Shown in pieces: positions 48,361-57,919 of a DNA stretch of 63,463 nt. The notes beneath the pieces are model-generated. The model did not search any database and was not told where the DNA came from. It was given only the letters and a program-made list of their open reading frames with translations. The translations under genes and the position numbers were made by a program. Source of the stretch: an uncultured Nitrososphaerales archaeon (GTDB lineage Archaea > Thermoproteota > Nitrososphaeria > Nitrososphaerales > JACAEJ01); contig CALLJF010000021.1 of NCBI GenBank assembly GCA_938091495.1, positions 1-63,463 on the forward strand. The letters are read 5' to 3'. How positions within the stretch are numbered: position 1 is the stretch's first letter; every line of letters begins with the position of its first letter.

Positions 48361-49545
48361 TTGCAAAAAGTCGAACCTTTTCTCTTATCAGGAAATCTTG
48401 CCATAGCTTACGCTATAAAGCAACTTAATGTAGATGTAGTGTCAGCTTACCCCATTACGCCACAAACTACAATTATTGAGAAGATTTCAGAATATGTTGC
48501 AAAAGGAGAGTTAAAAGCTAATTTTATGCTGGTTGAATCGGAGCATTCAGCTATTTCAGCATGCTTGTCTGCAGCTGCCAGTGGGGCAAGGGTCTTTACA
48601 TCTAGTAGCTCACAAGGGCTACTTTTAATGCACGAAATACTTTTCATAACATCTGCACTAAGGCTTCCAGTAGTAATGGTTGTAGCCAATAGATCTGTTT
48701 CAGCGCCAATAAACATATGGAACGATCATGGAGACATAATGCCCCAAAGAGATACAGGCTGGATTCAGTTTTTCGTAGAATCTGCTCAAGAGGCTTACGA
48801 TAAAGTCATTCAAGCATATAGGATAGCTGAAGACAAACGGGTCAGGCTTCCCATTATGGTTAACATGGATGGCATAGTCTTGAGTCATACCTATGAGCCT
48901 GTATACCCCCTTAGCGATTCAGAAGTTGCCTCATTTTCGCCTTGGAATTTAAGTTTGAAAAGACTGGACCCAGATAACCCTTTGACCATTGGTGGTTTCT
49001 GCTATCCCGATTACTATTTTGAGACCAGGTACCAATCCTCAAAAGCATTAGAAGACTCTCTCCCTATAATATCTAAAGTGGATAAAGAGTTTGGCAAGCT
49101 ATCAGGAAGAAGTTATGGTCTGGTATCTCCATTAAAGTGTGACGATGCTGATGCGATTTTGGTCTCCATAGGTTCAATATCTACAACCATTAGGGCTACT
49201 GTGAAGAAACTTAGAGAGAAGGGTAAAAAAGTGGGAATGGTAAGCCTTAAACTCTTCAGACCTTTCCCTCTTAATGAGTTGATCAAATCCATAAAGAATG
49301 CAAAGGCAATAGGCATTATTGATAGAGCTCTTTCGCCAGGAGCTGTGGCAGGACCGTTATTTACTGATGTAACCTCAGCTCTGTACTTATCAAAGATGAG
49401 CATACCAGCTGTGAACTTCTTTGTGGGATTAGGGGGGAGAGATGTAAAGGTAGAAGATATTGAAAGTATGTTCGCCAATCTCAAAAAGATACTCAAATCT
49501 GGGAAGATCGAGAAGCATTCATACTATGTTGGTTTGAGGGAATAG
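48361..49545 (+). CDS. porA: 2-oxoacid:ferredoxin oxidoreductase alpha subunit
   Basis: AYPITPQT, VESEHSA.S, TSSSSQGL and INIWNDH.D motifs. Confidence 0.93.
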   Translation: MQKVEPFLLSGNLAIAYAIKQLNVDVVSAYPITPQTTIIEKISEYVAKGELKANFMLVESEHSAISACLSAAASGARVFTSSSSQGLLLMHEILFITSALRLPVVMVVANRSVSAPINIWNDHGDIMPQRDTGWIQFFVESAQEAYDKVIQAYRIAEDKRVRLPIMVNMDGIVLSHTYEPVYPLSDSEVASFSPWNLSLKRLDPDNPLTIGGFCYPDYYFETRYQSSKALEDSLPIISKVDKEFGKLSGRSYGLVSPLKCDDADAILVSIGSISTTIRATVKKLREKGKKVGMVSLKLFRPFPLNELIKSIKNAKAIGIIDRALSPGAVAGPLFTDVTSALYLSKMSIPAVNFFVGLGGRDVKVEDIESMFANLKKILKSGKIEKHSYYVGLRE

Positions 49546-49546
49546 A

Positions 49547-50455
49547 ATGCCATTCAAGAACTTAAAAGAAATCATTGTTAGACAGGATTTCTTCAGCCCT
49601 GGCCATGGCCTTTGTGCTGGGTGTGGTGCAGCCCAGATAGCAAGAATTGTGATGAAGATAGCTGGAAAAAATAGCATCATGATAAATGCAACAGGCTGCC
49701 TAGAAGTTTCTACTACTACATATCCATGGACGGCATGGAAGGTCCCTTACATACACGTAGCCTTTGAAAATGCAGCCGCTGTTGCTTCAGGGATAAGGGC
49801 TGCTTACGATGCTTTGATCATGAAAAAGAAATTGGACAAAGATGTGAATGTGGTTGTTCTAGCTGGCGATGGTGGTACTGCCGATATAGGATTGCAGGCT
49901 TTAAGCGGGGCCTTCGAGAGAGGAGATCGTATCGTTTATATCTGCTATGATAATGAAGCTTACATGAACACTGGCATTCAAAGAAGTGGAGCAACGCCTT
50001 ATGATGCATGGACTACAACTAGCCCTGCAGGCCAAAAGACATTGAAAAAGGATCTGATGGGAATAGCCATAGCTCATAGAGTGAAATATGCAGCTACGGC
50101 TACAATATCATACTTATTGGATGCAGCAAACAAAGTTGAAAAAGCGCTATCTATAAGCGGTCCATCTTTCATACATTGGCTTCAGCCCTGCACTATAGGA
50201 TGGAGATATGACCCAAAGTTGACAGTTAAACTAAGTAGGTTAGCCGTCAAGACAGGTCTATGGCCCCTCTATGAACATTATGATGGATTCAATAAACTTA
50301 CGGTGCAAGTACCTAGAAGAACTCCAGTTTTGGAGTACCTTAAGCTTCAGGGAAGGTTTAGGCACATAATGGATAATCAAGAAGAATTGGCAAAGATCCA
50401 ATCTTATGCCGATGAGCTTGCTACTAAATTTGGATTAGGACCTGTAACTGAATAA
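49547..50455 (+). CDS. porB: 2-oxoacid:ferredoxin oxidoreductase beta subunit
   Basis: GHGLCAGCG, TGCLEV, TPP motif GDGG..DIG.Q.LSG...YDNEAYMNTG.QRS. Confidence 0.93.
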   Translation: MPFKNLKEIIVRQDFFSPGHGLCAGCGAAQIARIVMKIAGKNSIMINATGCLEVSTTTYPWTAWKVPYIHVAFENAAAVASGIRAAYDALIMKKKLDKDVNVVVLAGDGGTADIGLQALSGAFERGDRIVYICYDNEAYMNTGIQRSGATPYDAWTTTSPAGQKTLKKDLMGIAIAHRVKYAATATISYLLDAANKVEKALSISGPSFIHWLQPCTIGWRYDPKLTVKLSRLAVKTGLWPLYEHYDGFNKLTVQVPRRTPVLEYLKLQGRFRHIMDNQEELAKIQSYADELATKFGLGPVTE

Positions 50456-50577
50456 TTTTGTAAATAAAATACTCCAGGTATAAATATCATCATATAATAT
50501 GGAAGACTTATATGCTAGGATTGTTAAAAGTATTGTATTACGCTTAAAGAGTTAACTAGATTAAAGGAGGTGATAAT

Positions 50578-51705
50578 TTGCATAGCTCTATCGTAAAGTA
50601 CTATGTAAGGCTTAAGTTTGATGTAGAAGGTGTAGTAGAAAAAGCTGACTTAATAGGAGCTATTTTCGGACAGACAGAGGGTCTATTCGGTCCTGAGATG
50701 AACCTTAACGAGCTACAAAAGACTTGGAAGGTCGGTAGAATCGAAGTTAATTTAGAATCTAAAGGAAACAGAACCTATGGGGAAGTCTTGATCCCTATGT
50801 CTACTGACATATCTACCGCTGCCCTAATAGCTGCTGCTGTAGAGAATGTGGATAAGGTAGGTCCTTGTTCAGCACGCTTTACTCTCATAGGAATTGAGGA
50901 TGTAAGAGAATCCAAGAGAAGAATCATAGCTGAGAGGGCAAAGAGCATCGTAAAGGAATGGGCATTAAAGTCCGTAAGCGAAAGTGAAGAATTGCTGAAG
51001 GATATAATGGAAGTTGCTAGGCGCTCAAAGCTCATCACTTATGGCAAGGAAGAATTGCCAGCTGGTCCAGGGATTCATACTTCAGATACCATAATAATCG
51101 TTGAAGGAAGAGCCGATGTGATAAACTTGCTAAGGGCTGGAATAGAAAATGTCATAGCCGTTGAAGGTGTAAAGATACCTGAAACAGTTGTAAAACTATC
51201 TAAAGATAAGAAGATCATAGCCTTTTTAGATGGGGATAGAGGTGGCGATTTGATATTGAAGGAGCTTTCCCAAATGATGAGAATCGACAAAGTCCTGAGG
51301 GCACCCCCAGGAAGAGAAGTCGAAGATTTGACGCCTTTGGAAATTCTTGAGATATTGAAAAAAGAAGTACAGATGCAGCCCGCTGAAGAAGCCCCTACTC
51401 ATTTAGGAGGATTGTCAGCAAAAGTCAAAGAATCTTTCTCTAGTATCCATGGTACCCTAGAAGCCATAATACTGGATGAGAAATTTGATCAAATTGCAAG
51501 GGTTCCAGTCAACGAGCTTGTTCAACGTCTAGAGAATACAGAAGGAGCCAAGTATCTGATCTTTGATGGTATAATAACTCAGCGCTTAGTAGACTTAGCC
51601 CTAAAGAAGGGAATGATCGCAATCATTGGTCATAGAATGGGAGATATAGCGGAGAAACCTTCTGATATATCGTTGAAGACCTTCGATGAATTCGGGCTGG
51701 AATGA
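50578..51705 (+). CDS. dnaG: Archaeal DnaG-like protein (TOPRIM)
   Basis: GVVEKADLIGAIFGQTEGL.G, IIVEGRADV.NL and F.DGDRGG motifs. Confidence 0.95.
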   Translation: MHSSIVKYYVRLKFDVEGVVEKADLIGAIFGQTEGLFGPEMNLNELQKTWKVGRIEVNLESKGNRTYGEVLIPMSTDISTAALIAAAVENVDKVGPCSARFTLIGIEDVRESKRRIIAERAKSIVKEWALKSVSESEELLKDIMEVARRSKLITYGKEELPAGPGIHTSDTIIIVEGRADVINLLRAGIENVIAVEGVKIPETVVKLSKDKKIIAFLDGDRGGDLILKELSQMMRIDKVLRAPPGREVEDLTPLEILEILKKEVQMQPAEEAPTHLGGLSAKVKESFSSIHGTLEAIILDEKFDQIARVPVNELVQRLENTEGAKYLIFDGIITQRLVDLALKKGMIAIIGHRMGDIAEKPSDISLKTFDEFGLE

Positions 51706-51718
51706 ACTCTAAAAGTAA

Positions 51719-52783
51719 ATGATCATTCATAAATTCATAAAGAACAAAGGCTTAGTGTATCTAACTTTAGAAGATGCTGACGATCTTTGGTGTTTAAAGA
51801 GAATAATAGAGAACGGGGATCTAGTTTCAGGTGAAACGACCCGAGTAATAAAGCGTGAAGGGTTATACTCTAGGCCTGATAAAGGAGAGCGTGTAAGAGT
51901 TAGGGTTACAGTGAGAGTTGAGAGCGCAAAACTTGACAGTAGTCTTGGAAGATTAAGGATATCTGGTAAGATTGTAGAAATACCAGAGGATATAATTGCA
52001 AAAGGATCTTCTCATTCTATCGTTGTTACACCGAATTATAGTTTATCATTACAGAAAGATCGCTGGAAAGATCTAGATCTGCGCATATTGAAGGACAGTG
52101 TAAGAACGTCAGAACGCTTCATACTAATCGCTATGGATGGTAGAGAGGCTGGCATTGGAACCGTTAAAGGGACTCATCTTCAAATCCTACCGACAATAGA
52201 ATCTGGTTTAATGGGAAAACATTACGACATAAAAACAAAACCATCAAATCTTTACTTTGATCAAGTAGCTCAAATAATCCTATTAGGATATGAGCCATTA
52301 ACAAAGATATTTTTGGCAGGACCAGGTCATGTGAAAAACTCCTTTGCCAGTTTTTTGTTAAAACTAAGAGGTGATCTTAAAGAAAATTTGAAATTGATAG
52401 ATGGAATAGACGTTGCAGGCGAAGATGGAATATACATGATACTTCGCTCCCCTCAGTTCAAGAAACAAATTGAAGAAAGCAAACTGGCTCAGGTATCTAA
52501 CCTATTAGAGCAAGCTATAAAAAGAATAAGCGATGGTGATAAAAAGGTAGCCTATACCTTTAACGAAGTCAAAGAAGCCAGCAATTTAGGTGCCGTAGAT
52601 TCCGTGTTAATATCTGACAAGATTTTTGATTATGGCACAAACGATGATGATCTTGCAGACCTTCTTAATTCTGTGGAAACGTTTCGTGGTAAGAGCTACA
52701 TGATAGATTCAAGTACTGAAATCAGCTCTCAAGTTATGGCATTGGGTGGAATAGTCGCTCTTCTAAGGTTCTCCCCCAAGTAA
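51719..52783 (+). CDS. pelA: Pelota (mRNA surveillance / ribosome rescue)
   Basis: E..DDLW.L..II..GD.V...T.R, LRI.G.I and GGI.ALLRF motifs. Confidence 0.9.
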   Translation: MIIHKFIKNKGLVYLTLEDADDLWCLKRIIENGDLVSGETTRVIKREGLYSRPDKGERVRVRVTVRVESAKLDSSLGRLRISGKIVEIPEDIIAKGSSHSIVVTPNYSLSLQKDRWKDLDLRILKDSVRTSERFILIAMDGREAGIGTVKGTHLQILPTIESGLMGKHYDIKTKPSNLYFDQVAQIILLGYEPLTKIFLAGPGHVKNSFASFLLKLRGDLKENLKLIDGIDVAGEDGIYMILRSPQFKKQIEESKLAQVSNLLEQAIKRISDGDKKVAYTFNEVKEASNLGAVDSVLISDKIFDYGTNDDDLADLLNSVETFRGKSYMIDSSTEISSQVMALGGIVALLRFSPK

Positions 52784-52799
52784 AATATTATTCAATTCG

Positions 52800-53117
52800 T
52801 TAATCAATTACATTTTCATTTAACCACGATAAATATTTCTCATTAACGTATTCAGGGGCTATTTCTACTATCTCGGGAACTTCATAAGGGTGATTCTTTC
52901 TGATGGAATCTTTCAATTTGTCTGTGCCCTTTTCTGTAGTTTTAAAGAGTATTAAGAATTCTTCAGTATCTTCTATCTTTCCCTTCCATGCATAAATTGA
53001 TCTAACCTTAGTTATGTTTACACATGCAGCAAGCTTGGCCTTTATAGAATCCTTGGCAATTTTCTCAGCGCTCATCTGATCCGGGCAAGTGGTAATTATC
53101 ATCTTCATTTTGATCAT
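52800..53117 (-). CDS. cutA: CutA divalent-cation tolerance protein
   Basis: LAACVNI...SIY.WKG.IE...E and HPYEVPEI motifs. Confidence 0.95.
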   Translation of the reverse strand: MIKMKMIITTCPDQMSAEKIAKDSIKAKLAACVNITKVRSIYAWKGKIEDTEEFLILFKTTEKGTDKLKDSIRKNHPYEVPEIVEIAPEYVNEKYLSWLNENVID

Positions 53118-53156
53118 GATAGATAAATAAAGAGGTATATCTAATCTTTTTTCATA

Positions 53157-54602
53157 TCAGATCGTCAAATATGGGACAGCTATCATAAATATTACCAATG
53201 ATACCATGGCTAAAGTTACTCCGGTAGTTATTCTCGACATGCTTTTCTCACTTAGTCTATTTTTCCCTATTGCTTGTAAGAATACTTTGAAGGCTTGCCC
53301 GCCATCCAGTGGGTAAATTGGCAAAGCGTTGAATATAGCAAGGTTGATGTTGATGAACCATATCCAGAAAAATAGATTCGCCAATGGATAGAACACATCA
53401 CCTATGCTTGATGTGTAGAATCTATACATAACATCAGAGAACGGTATATTATTCGGTGCCAATGTAGGCAGCAGTAAATGGATCAAGGGCGTCGTAGAGC
53501 TAAGGCTCCAGTATCTTTCTAGCGTCTCAACTATTCCTACGGATAATATACCAAGGTTCTCAGAAGGAGTTCTTAGCGTTACACCAAGAAAAGCCCGTGA
53601 GCTATTCTGTGGATCACTCGCAAGTATGATGGAAAAATCTTTTATTTCTTCTCCTCTCTCGACTTTTAGAATAACATTGTCTCCTGGTTTAAATGTAGCA
53701 AGGGTTTCGTTGAGCTTATTTAATGATGTGATCTTGGTTCCATTCAATTCTGTTATAATATCCCCAGGAAGAACTCCCGCTTTTTGAGCAGGAAAATCTT
53801 GCAAAACTCCTGCTATAGCTGGGCCATCAGGCATCTTCAATGTATAGTTCAGTTTTATATCACCCCTTGCGATAGTTAAGGTTACATTTTCACCTGCATG
53901 AAGTTCTAAAGCCTTATCAAGATCTGATTGAAAAGTTAAATTCGACCCATTAATGCTTGTGATTATATCGCCAAACGTTATGCCCTCCTGAAAACTCTTA
54001 ATCACTCCAACTCCACTAGCTATGGGAATCATAGAACTTACGATCAATATCAAGCATAAGAGCGCTATCCCGGCTGTTATTATATTGGCTCCTGGTCCTG
54101 CTGCCAATACTCTTCCTGAATCTTTTGCCTTTGCCTTCTTAAGCTCCTTTTCATCTATATCTACAAAAGCTCCTATAGGTAATATTAACAATAATATTAT
54201 CCCACTAGATTTAACCGATAGTCCTGTAGACCTGGCAAGTATCCCGTGCATCCCTTCATGAACTATCATGGCTATTATCAAAGCGATCCATCCATAAACT
54301 ATTGGTAAATAGGGGTTTATGCCTGGTATTCCTAGGTTTATCAAAGGATTGAACTGTCCTGCAAAGCTTCTAAGAGTGGCGCTTGAAATAAGGGCTATGA
54401 CCGCCCTTAGTATAAGGTAAAAACCTACAAATGCAGCTATAGGAAGCATATATAACAAAAGCCATCCAAGTTTTTTGATGGATCTTAATCGAGCCAGTCT
54501 ATCGATAAGTGATAGACCTTTCTTAGTCCTTATCAGGATGAAGGGAAAGCTTATCTCTACTGTCTTTGCTTCTTTTTGATCTTCTTTAGAGCTATCTGCC
54601 AA
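53157..54602 (-). CDS. Site-2 protease (M50) with PDZ domains
   Basis: HEGMHG, GAFV, AGP..N and NALPIYPLDGG motifs; PDZ segment PA..AG...GD.I..LNG. Confidence 0.92.
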   Translation of the reverse strand: MADSSKEDQKEAKTVEISFPFILIRTKKGLSLIDRLARLRSIKKLGWLLLYMLPIAAFVGFYLILRAVIALISSATLRSFAGQFNPLINLGIPGINPYLPIVYGWIALIIAMIVHEGMHGILARSTGLSVKSSGIILLLILPIGAFVDIDEKELKKAKAKDSGRVLAAGPGANIITAGIALLCLILIVSSMIPIASGVGVIKSFQEGITFGDIITSINGSNLTFQSDLDKALELHAGENVTLTIARGDIKLNYTLKMPDGPAIAGVLQDFPAQKAGVLPGDIITELNGTKITSLNKLNETLATFKPGDNVILKVERGEEIKDFSIILASDPQNSSRAFLGVTLRTPSENLGILSVGIVETLERYWSLSSTTPLIHLLLPTLAPNNIPFSDVMYRFYTSSIGDVFYPLANLFFWIWFININLAIFNALPIYPLDGGQAFKVFLQAIGKNRLSEKSMSRITTGVTLAMVSLVIFMIAVPYLTI

Positions 54603-54716
54603 TTATGCTGGACACTAACCTATAGCTATGAAAAAGCATGTTATAAAATATTTTAATCTCATCGAATAAATTTAAGTTTAGCATAATGCTAATGATCATA
54701 GGAGAAAAATCGAACT

Positions 54717-55646
54717 TTGCAATATGTTAGATGCATTAAATGCGACAATAGAGCCATATACTATAGAGCATACTCTGGTGAGAAACTCTGTAATTCTTGC
54801 TTCTGCTCCTCTATTATTGAAAAAGTAAAAAGAACAATAGCGAAATATGATCTATTAAAGTATGGCGATGCCATAGGCGTAGCAGTCTCGGGTGGAAAGG
54901 ATAGCTTAACATTACTAAGAATACTTAATGAATTAAGTAAACCTCATGCATCAAAGATCTTTGCCATAACCATAGATGAGGGAATATATGGCTACCGTGA
55001 AGAGGCTATTGATATATGCAAAAATTTTACTGAAGAGCTCAACATTCCTCATCATATATTCTCATTCGAAGAGCTTTTTGGATTCAGCCTAGATGACGTC
55101 ATCAAGATTAGAAAGAGTAAGTTTTCAGCTTGCTCTGTTTGCGGAATTTTGAGAAGAAGAGCCTTGGATATTGCTGCCAAAGAGTTAAAGGTTGATGCTA
55201 TTGCTACTGCCCATAACCTTGACGATTTTCTTCAAACCTTCATGATAAACTTGCTGAATGGAGATATTGACAGGATAAAATGGCTTAATCCTCTGATAAA
55301 GCCGAGAAGCGAGTTTGTTGTGAGAAGAGTAAAACCTTTAATGGAGATTTATGAGAAGGAAATAGCTTTATATGCCTTTCTCAAAAATACTCAATTTCAG
55401 ACTGTTACTTGCCCATATATGAACGAGAGCATCAGATCAGAGATAAGATTAATGATGAATTCTTTAGAAGATGAGCATCCTGGAATAAAGTACAGTGCTT
55501 TGAATTCCGCCATAAAACTATCACAAAGTTTGATGACAGATGAAAGAGAGCTAAAGGCCTGTAAAACATGTAATTTTCCTTCTTCCAGCGATTTTTGCTC
55601 TGTATGTAAGATTTTAGAGATGGTAAAAAGAAACATGTATATATGA
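54717..55646 (+). CDS. tRNA 2-thiolation protein (NcsA/TtuA/Ctu1, TIGR00269-like)
   Basis: PP-loop AVSGGKDS, CSVCG..RR, ATAHNLDD, N- and C-terminal Zn fingers. Confidence 0.9.
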   Translation: MQYVRCIKCDNRAIYYRAYSGEKLCNSCFCSSIIEKVKRTIAKYDLLKYGDAIGVAVSGGKDSLTLLRILNELSKPHASKIFAITIDEGIYGYREEAIDICKNFTEELNIPHHIFSFEELFGFSLDDVIKIRKSKFSACSVCGILRRRALDIAAKELKVDAIATAHNLDDFLQTFMINLLNGDIDRIKWLNPLIKPRSEFVVRRVKPLMEIYEKEIALYAFLKNTQFQTVTCPYMNESIRSEIRLMMNSLEDEHPGIKYSALNSAIKLSQSLMTDERELKACKTCNFPSSSDFCSVCKILEMVKRNMYI

Positions 55647-55663
55647 AAACCGTCGATAGTAAA

Positions 55664-55988
55664 CTTGCGGCGATAGGTAGGGCTGGGAGGATAGCCGTCT
55701 CCCGTTCCTGAAAACGGCTATACGCAGGAGCCAGTAACCTATGGGTAAAGCATGCTGATCGAGATACCCGCCAGTCATGCATGGATGAAGTCACGCCGTG
55801 GTGGGTAGTCACAAGAGGCGAATCCTTCGAAGGAAGGAGATCGACCTTCAACTGTTGAATCGGGTGAGGTCCGGGAGGGAGCAACCCTAAGGCAGGGTGG
55901 CTACGCTGTCACGTCCACGTGATAGACTCAGCAGGCTGGAGATGGGGCTTGATCAATATGTGAAAACTATAGGAGCTATCGCCGCAAG
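55664..55988 (+). ncRNA. ffs: Signal recognition particle (7S) RNA
   Basis: Helix 1 CTTGCGGCGATAG/CTATCGCCGCAAG (13 bp); Alu helices GGGAG/CTCCC and GTTCCTG/CAGGAGC with kissing loops ATAGCCGT/ACGGCTAT; helix 6 CCTTC-GAAG-GAAGG; helix 8 AGGTCC-GGGA-GGGAGCAACC. Confidence 0.95.
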
Positions 55989-56031
55989 ATTAAGATAAAA
56001 ATATTAAGTAATTCCATATAAGTTTCATAGC

Positions 56032-56116
56032 GCTGCGGTAGCCAAGCCAGGCAAGGCGACGGCTTGCTAAGCCGTTTCCCCTCTGGGGATCGTGGGTTCG
56101 AGTCCCACCCGCAGCG
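56032..56116 (+). tRNA. tRNA-Ser(GCT)
   Basis: Acceptor GCTGCGG/CCGCAGC, G73, anticodon arm ACGGC TT GCT AA GCCGT, long variable arm CCCC/GGGG. Confidence 0.96.
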
Positions 56117-56213
56117 TCCACTTCGTGAATAAGATGTTGCTATTAATGGGGCCTGGCCTTATGTTCTACTACAGATTAGTATGTGTAGAAGATAACGAAG
56201 TAAAAGGAAAAAT

Positions 56214-56429
56214 TCACAAATCTTCACTATCCTCATTACCTAGTCTTATAATCTCCTTGCTTCTCAGACGCCTAAGGTCATCATACCAAAGGCCGTAAAG
56301 CTTGTTACATTCTTTACATCTTACCCCATAATCTGAATAGAAGAGAATATCTCCGTTGCAGGAGCATTTACCATAAACTCCCTTCTCCTCTAATACTTGA
56401 ATTAAGCGTACTTTCTTCTGCCTGGCCAT
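56214..56429 (-). CDS. Small zinc-ribbon protein
   Basis: CSC.G.ILFYSDYGVRCKEC; coding-like composition. Confidence 0.65.
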   Translation of the reverse strand: MARQKKVRLIQVLEEKGVYGKCSCNGDILFYSDYGVRCKECNKLYGLWYDDLRRLRSKEIIRLGNEDSEDL

Positions 56430-56775
56430 ATCTTAATATCTCAAAGGCTTATAACAAGATAACAAACTTAACGAGAAAATCTCTTAGAAGAATGAACCTT
56501 TAATCAATAACAAGATAACAACACTATCAAAAAAATTTTTTTGTTAGACATCAACCTTTATCATCTTCGAGGAGCCTTCTTTCGATGATTCTTTGATTAT
56601 ATATCCATCTACCAACTTCCCTTTCTAACTTTGATTCCATTATTCTAAAACGATCTATACAAAGAAATAGTAGCATGGCTAAGGTTCAAATTCACAATTT
56701 ATCTTTGAACTTTCTTAAAACGTTTTTAAACAATAGACTTATAGGTATTGTAAAAATTATGTGTAAGGTGATAGA

Positions 56776-57142
56776 ATGTCCAAGAAGTTGTTAAGTAAAT
56801 TTGAGAAGAAGATGGGTTTCACTCCAGAGATTATGAGTGTAGCGGCAAAGCTAGATCCAAAGATGGGAGAATTCTATAAATTCTGTGACTTTACAATACA
56901 GGAGGGTGGTGCCCTATCATCGAAGATGGAGATGCTCATGATAATGGTTATGGGTGCGCAAAGGCACTGTAAAGAATGTGTATTCAGCAATGAGAGGTAC
57001 ATATAACAAAGGTGCAACAGAAGCGAAGATATTAGAAGCCATAAGAGTAATGGTAGTTAAGGGAGGAGGCCAGGCCATCGCTGCTCGTAAGGATGCTCTT
57101 CAAATGCTGAAGGATAAGAAGTTCAAAAAAGGAACTTGCTAA
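56776..57142 (+). pseudogene. Carboxymuconolactone decarboxylase/AhpD-family gene, frameshifted
   Basis: First frame: GALSSK..ML..V.GAQRHCKECV. Second frame: SAMRG.YNKGATEA.ILEA..V....GG. The junction TGTGTATTCAGCAATG at about 56977-56992 is out of frame. Confidence 0.75.
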
Positions 57143-57193
57143 ATAAACGTATCCTCACATAAATAATGTCATTGAATCGTAGTAATCATAAGA

Positions 57194-57871
57194 TTAGAAA
57201 TTAAGATGAGTATATGATGATAGCATATGCATAATCTCTTTTGCCCTTTCCTTTGCCTTTTTCTCTAGTTCATCATCGATAGTCTTCTTTTTGATGAATT
57301 CTTGAAGAATTCGTGTCACTTTTTTTGCCTTCATCGTAGCATCATCCCAATTAATAGGTTTAAAGCCCTGAAGTTTCTTTGGCCCTTCGTTACCACCTTC
57401 TGAATAGTACCAATCTCTAAAATCCGCCCAACATCCAGCATGAAAGAGTAAATAGCCTATGGGCGTTACTATCGGAGGTATCCCAAGACTTAATGCTCTA
57501 GCCGTATTCTTATGCACATTGCTTTCACCCCAGCTCATACTGTAGGCTACCATTATGCTACCTCCTGCTGGGATTAAATTGCCTAAGACCTTGAAGAGCT
57601 TTACATCAAGACCAGAATCTGCCAGATTAACAGTTACTCCATCAGAAGATATAGTCTCATAATAATCTTCGTCTATCCAACCCTTTATTCCTAAAGAAAT
57701 TCTACCAGAACTATATATCCCAACAAAAACAGGGGGTCTGAACCTTTTTCCATTTCTTACAAGATAGAACTCAAAGTACCTCTGCTCAAAATAGTGCCTT
57801 TTCTTGACTTCTACGTGAATTTCATAGCTATCCAATTGCTTGCCTTCAAAGATGCAAAGGATATGCTGCAA
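57194..57871 (-). CDS. DUF1122-family protein
   Basis: F.GIYSSGR..GI.GWI, LF..L..LIP.GG.IMV.Y and FRDWYYSEGG.EGP.KLQG.K motifs. Confidence 0.8.
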   Translation of the reverse strand: MQHILCIFEGKQLDSYEIHVEVKKRHYFEQRYFEFYLVRNGKRFRPPVFVGIYSSGRISLGIKGWIDEDYYETISSDGVTVNLADSGLDVKLFKVLGNLIPAGGSIMVAYSMSWGESNVHKNTARALSLGIPPIVTPIGYLLFHAGCWADFRDWYYSEGGNEGPKKLQGFKPINWDDATMKAKKVTRILQEFIKKKTIDDELEKKAKERAKEIMHMLSSYTHLNF

Positions 57872-57919
57872 TCTCTCTAACTTTGATTAGTGAAAGAGAC
57901 TTTAAAGATTTATTCCAAT

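Noticed and set aside
55650-55990. RNase P RNA
   Set aside because: Lacks the P4 GAGGAAAGUCC signature; SRP Alu, helix 6 and helix 8 motifs are present instead.
56776-57142. Programmed frameshift or Sec/Pyl recoding in the CMD gene
   Set aside because: No slippery heptamer or in-frame UGA/UAG at the junction; a simple indel explains it.
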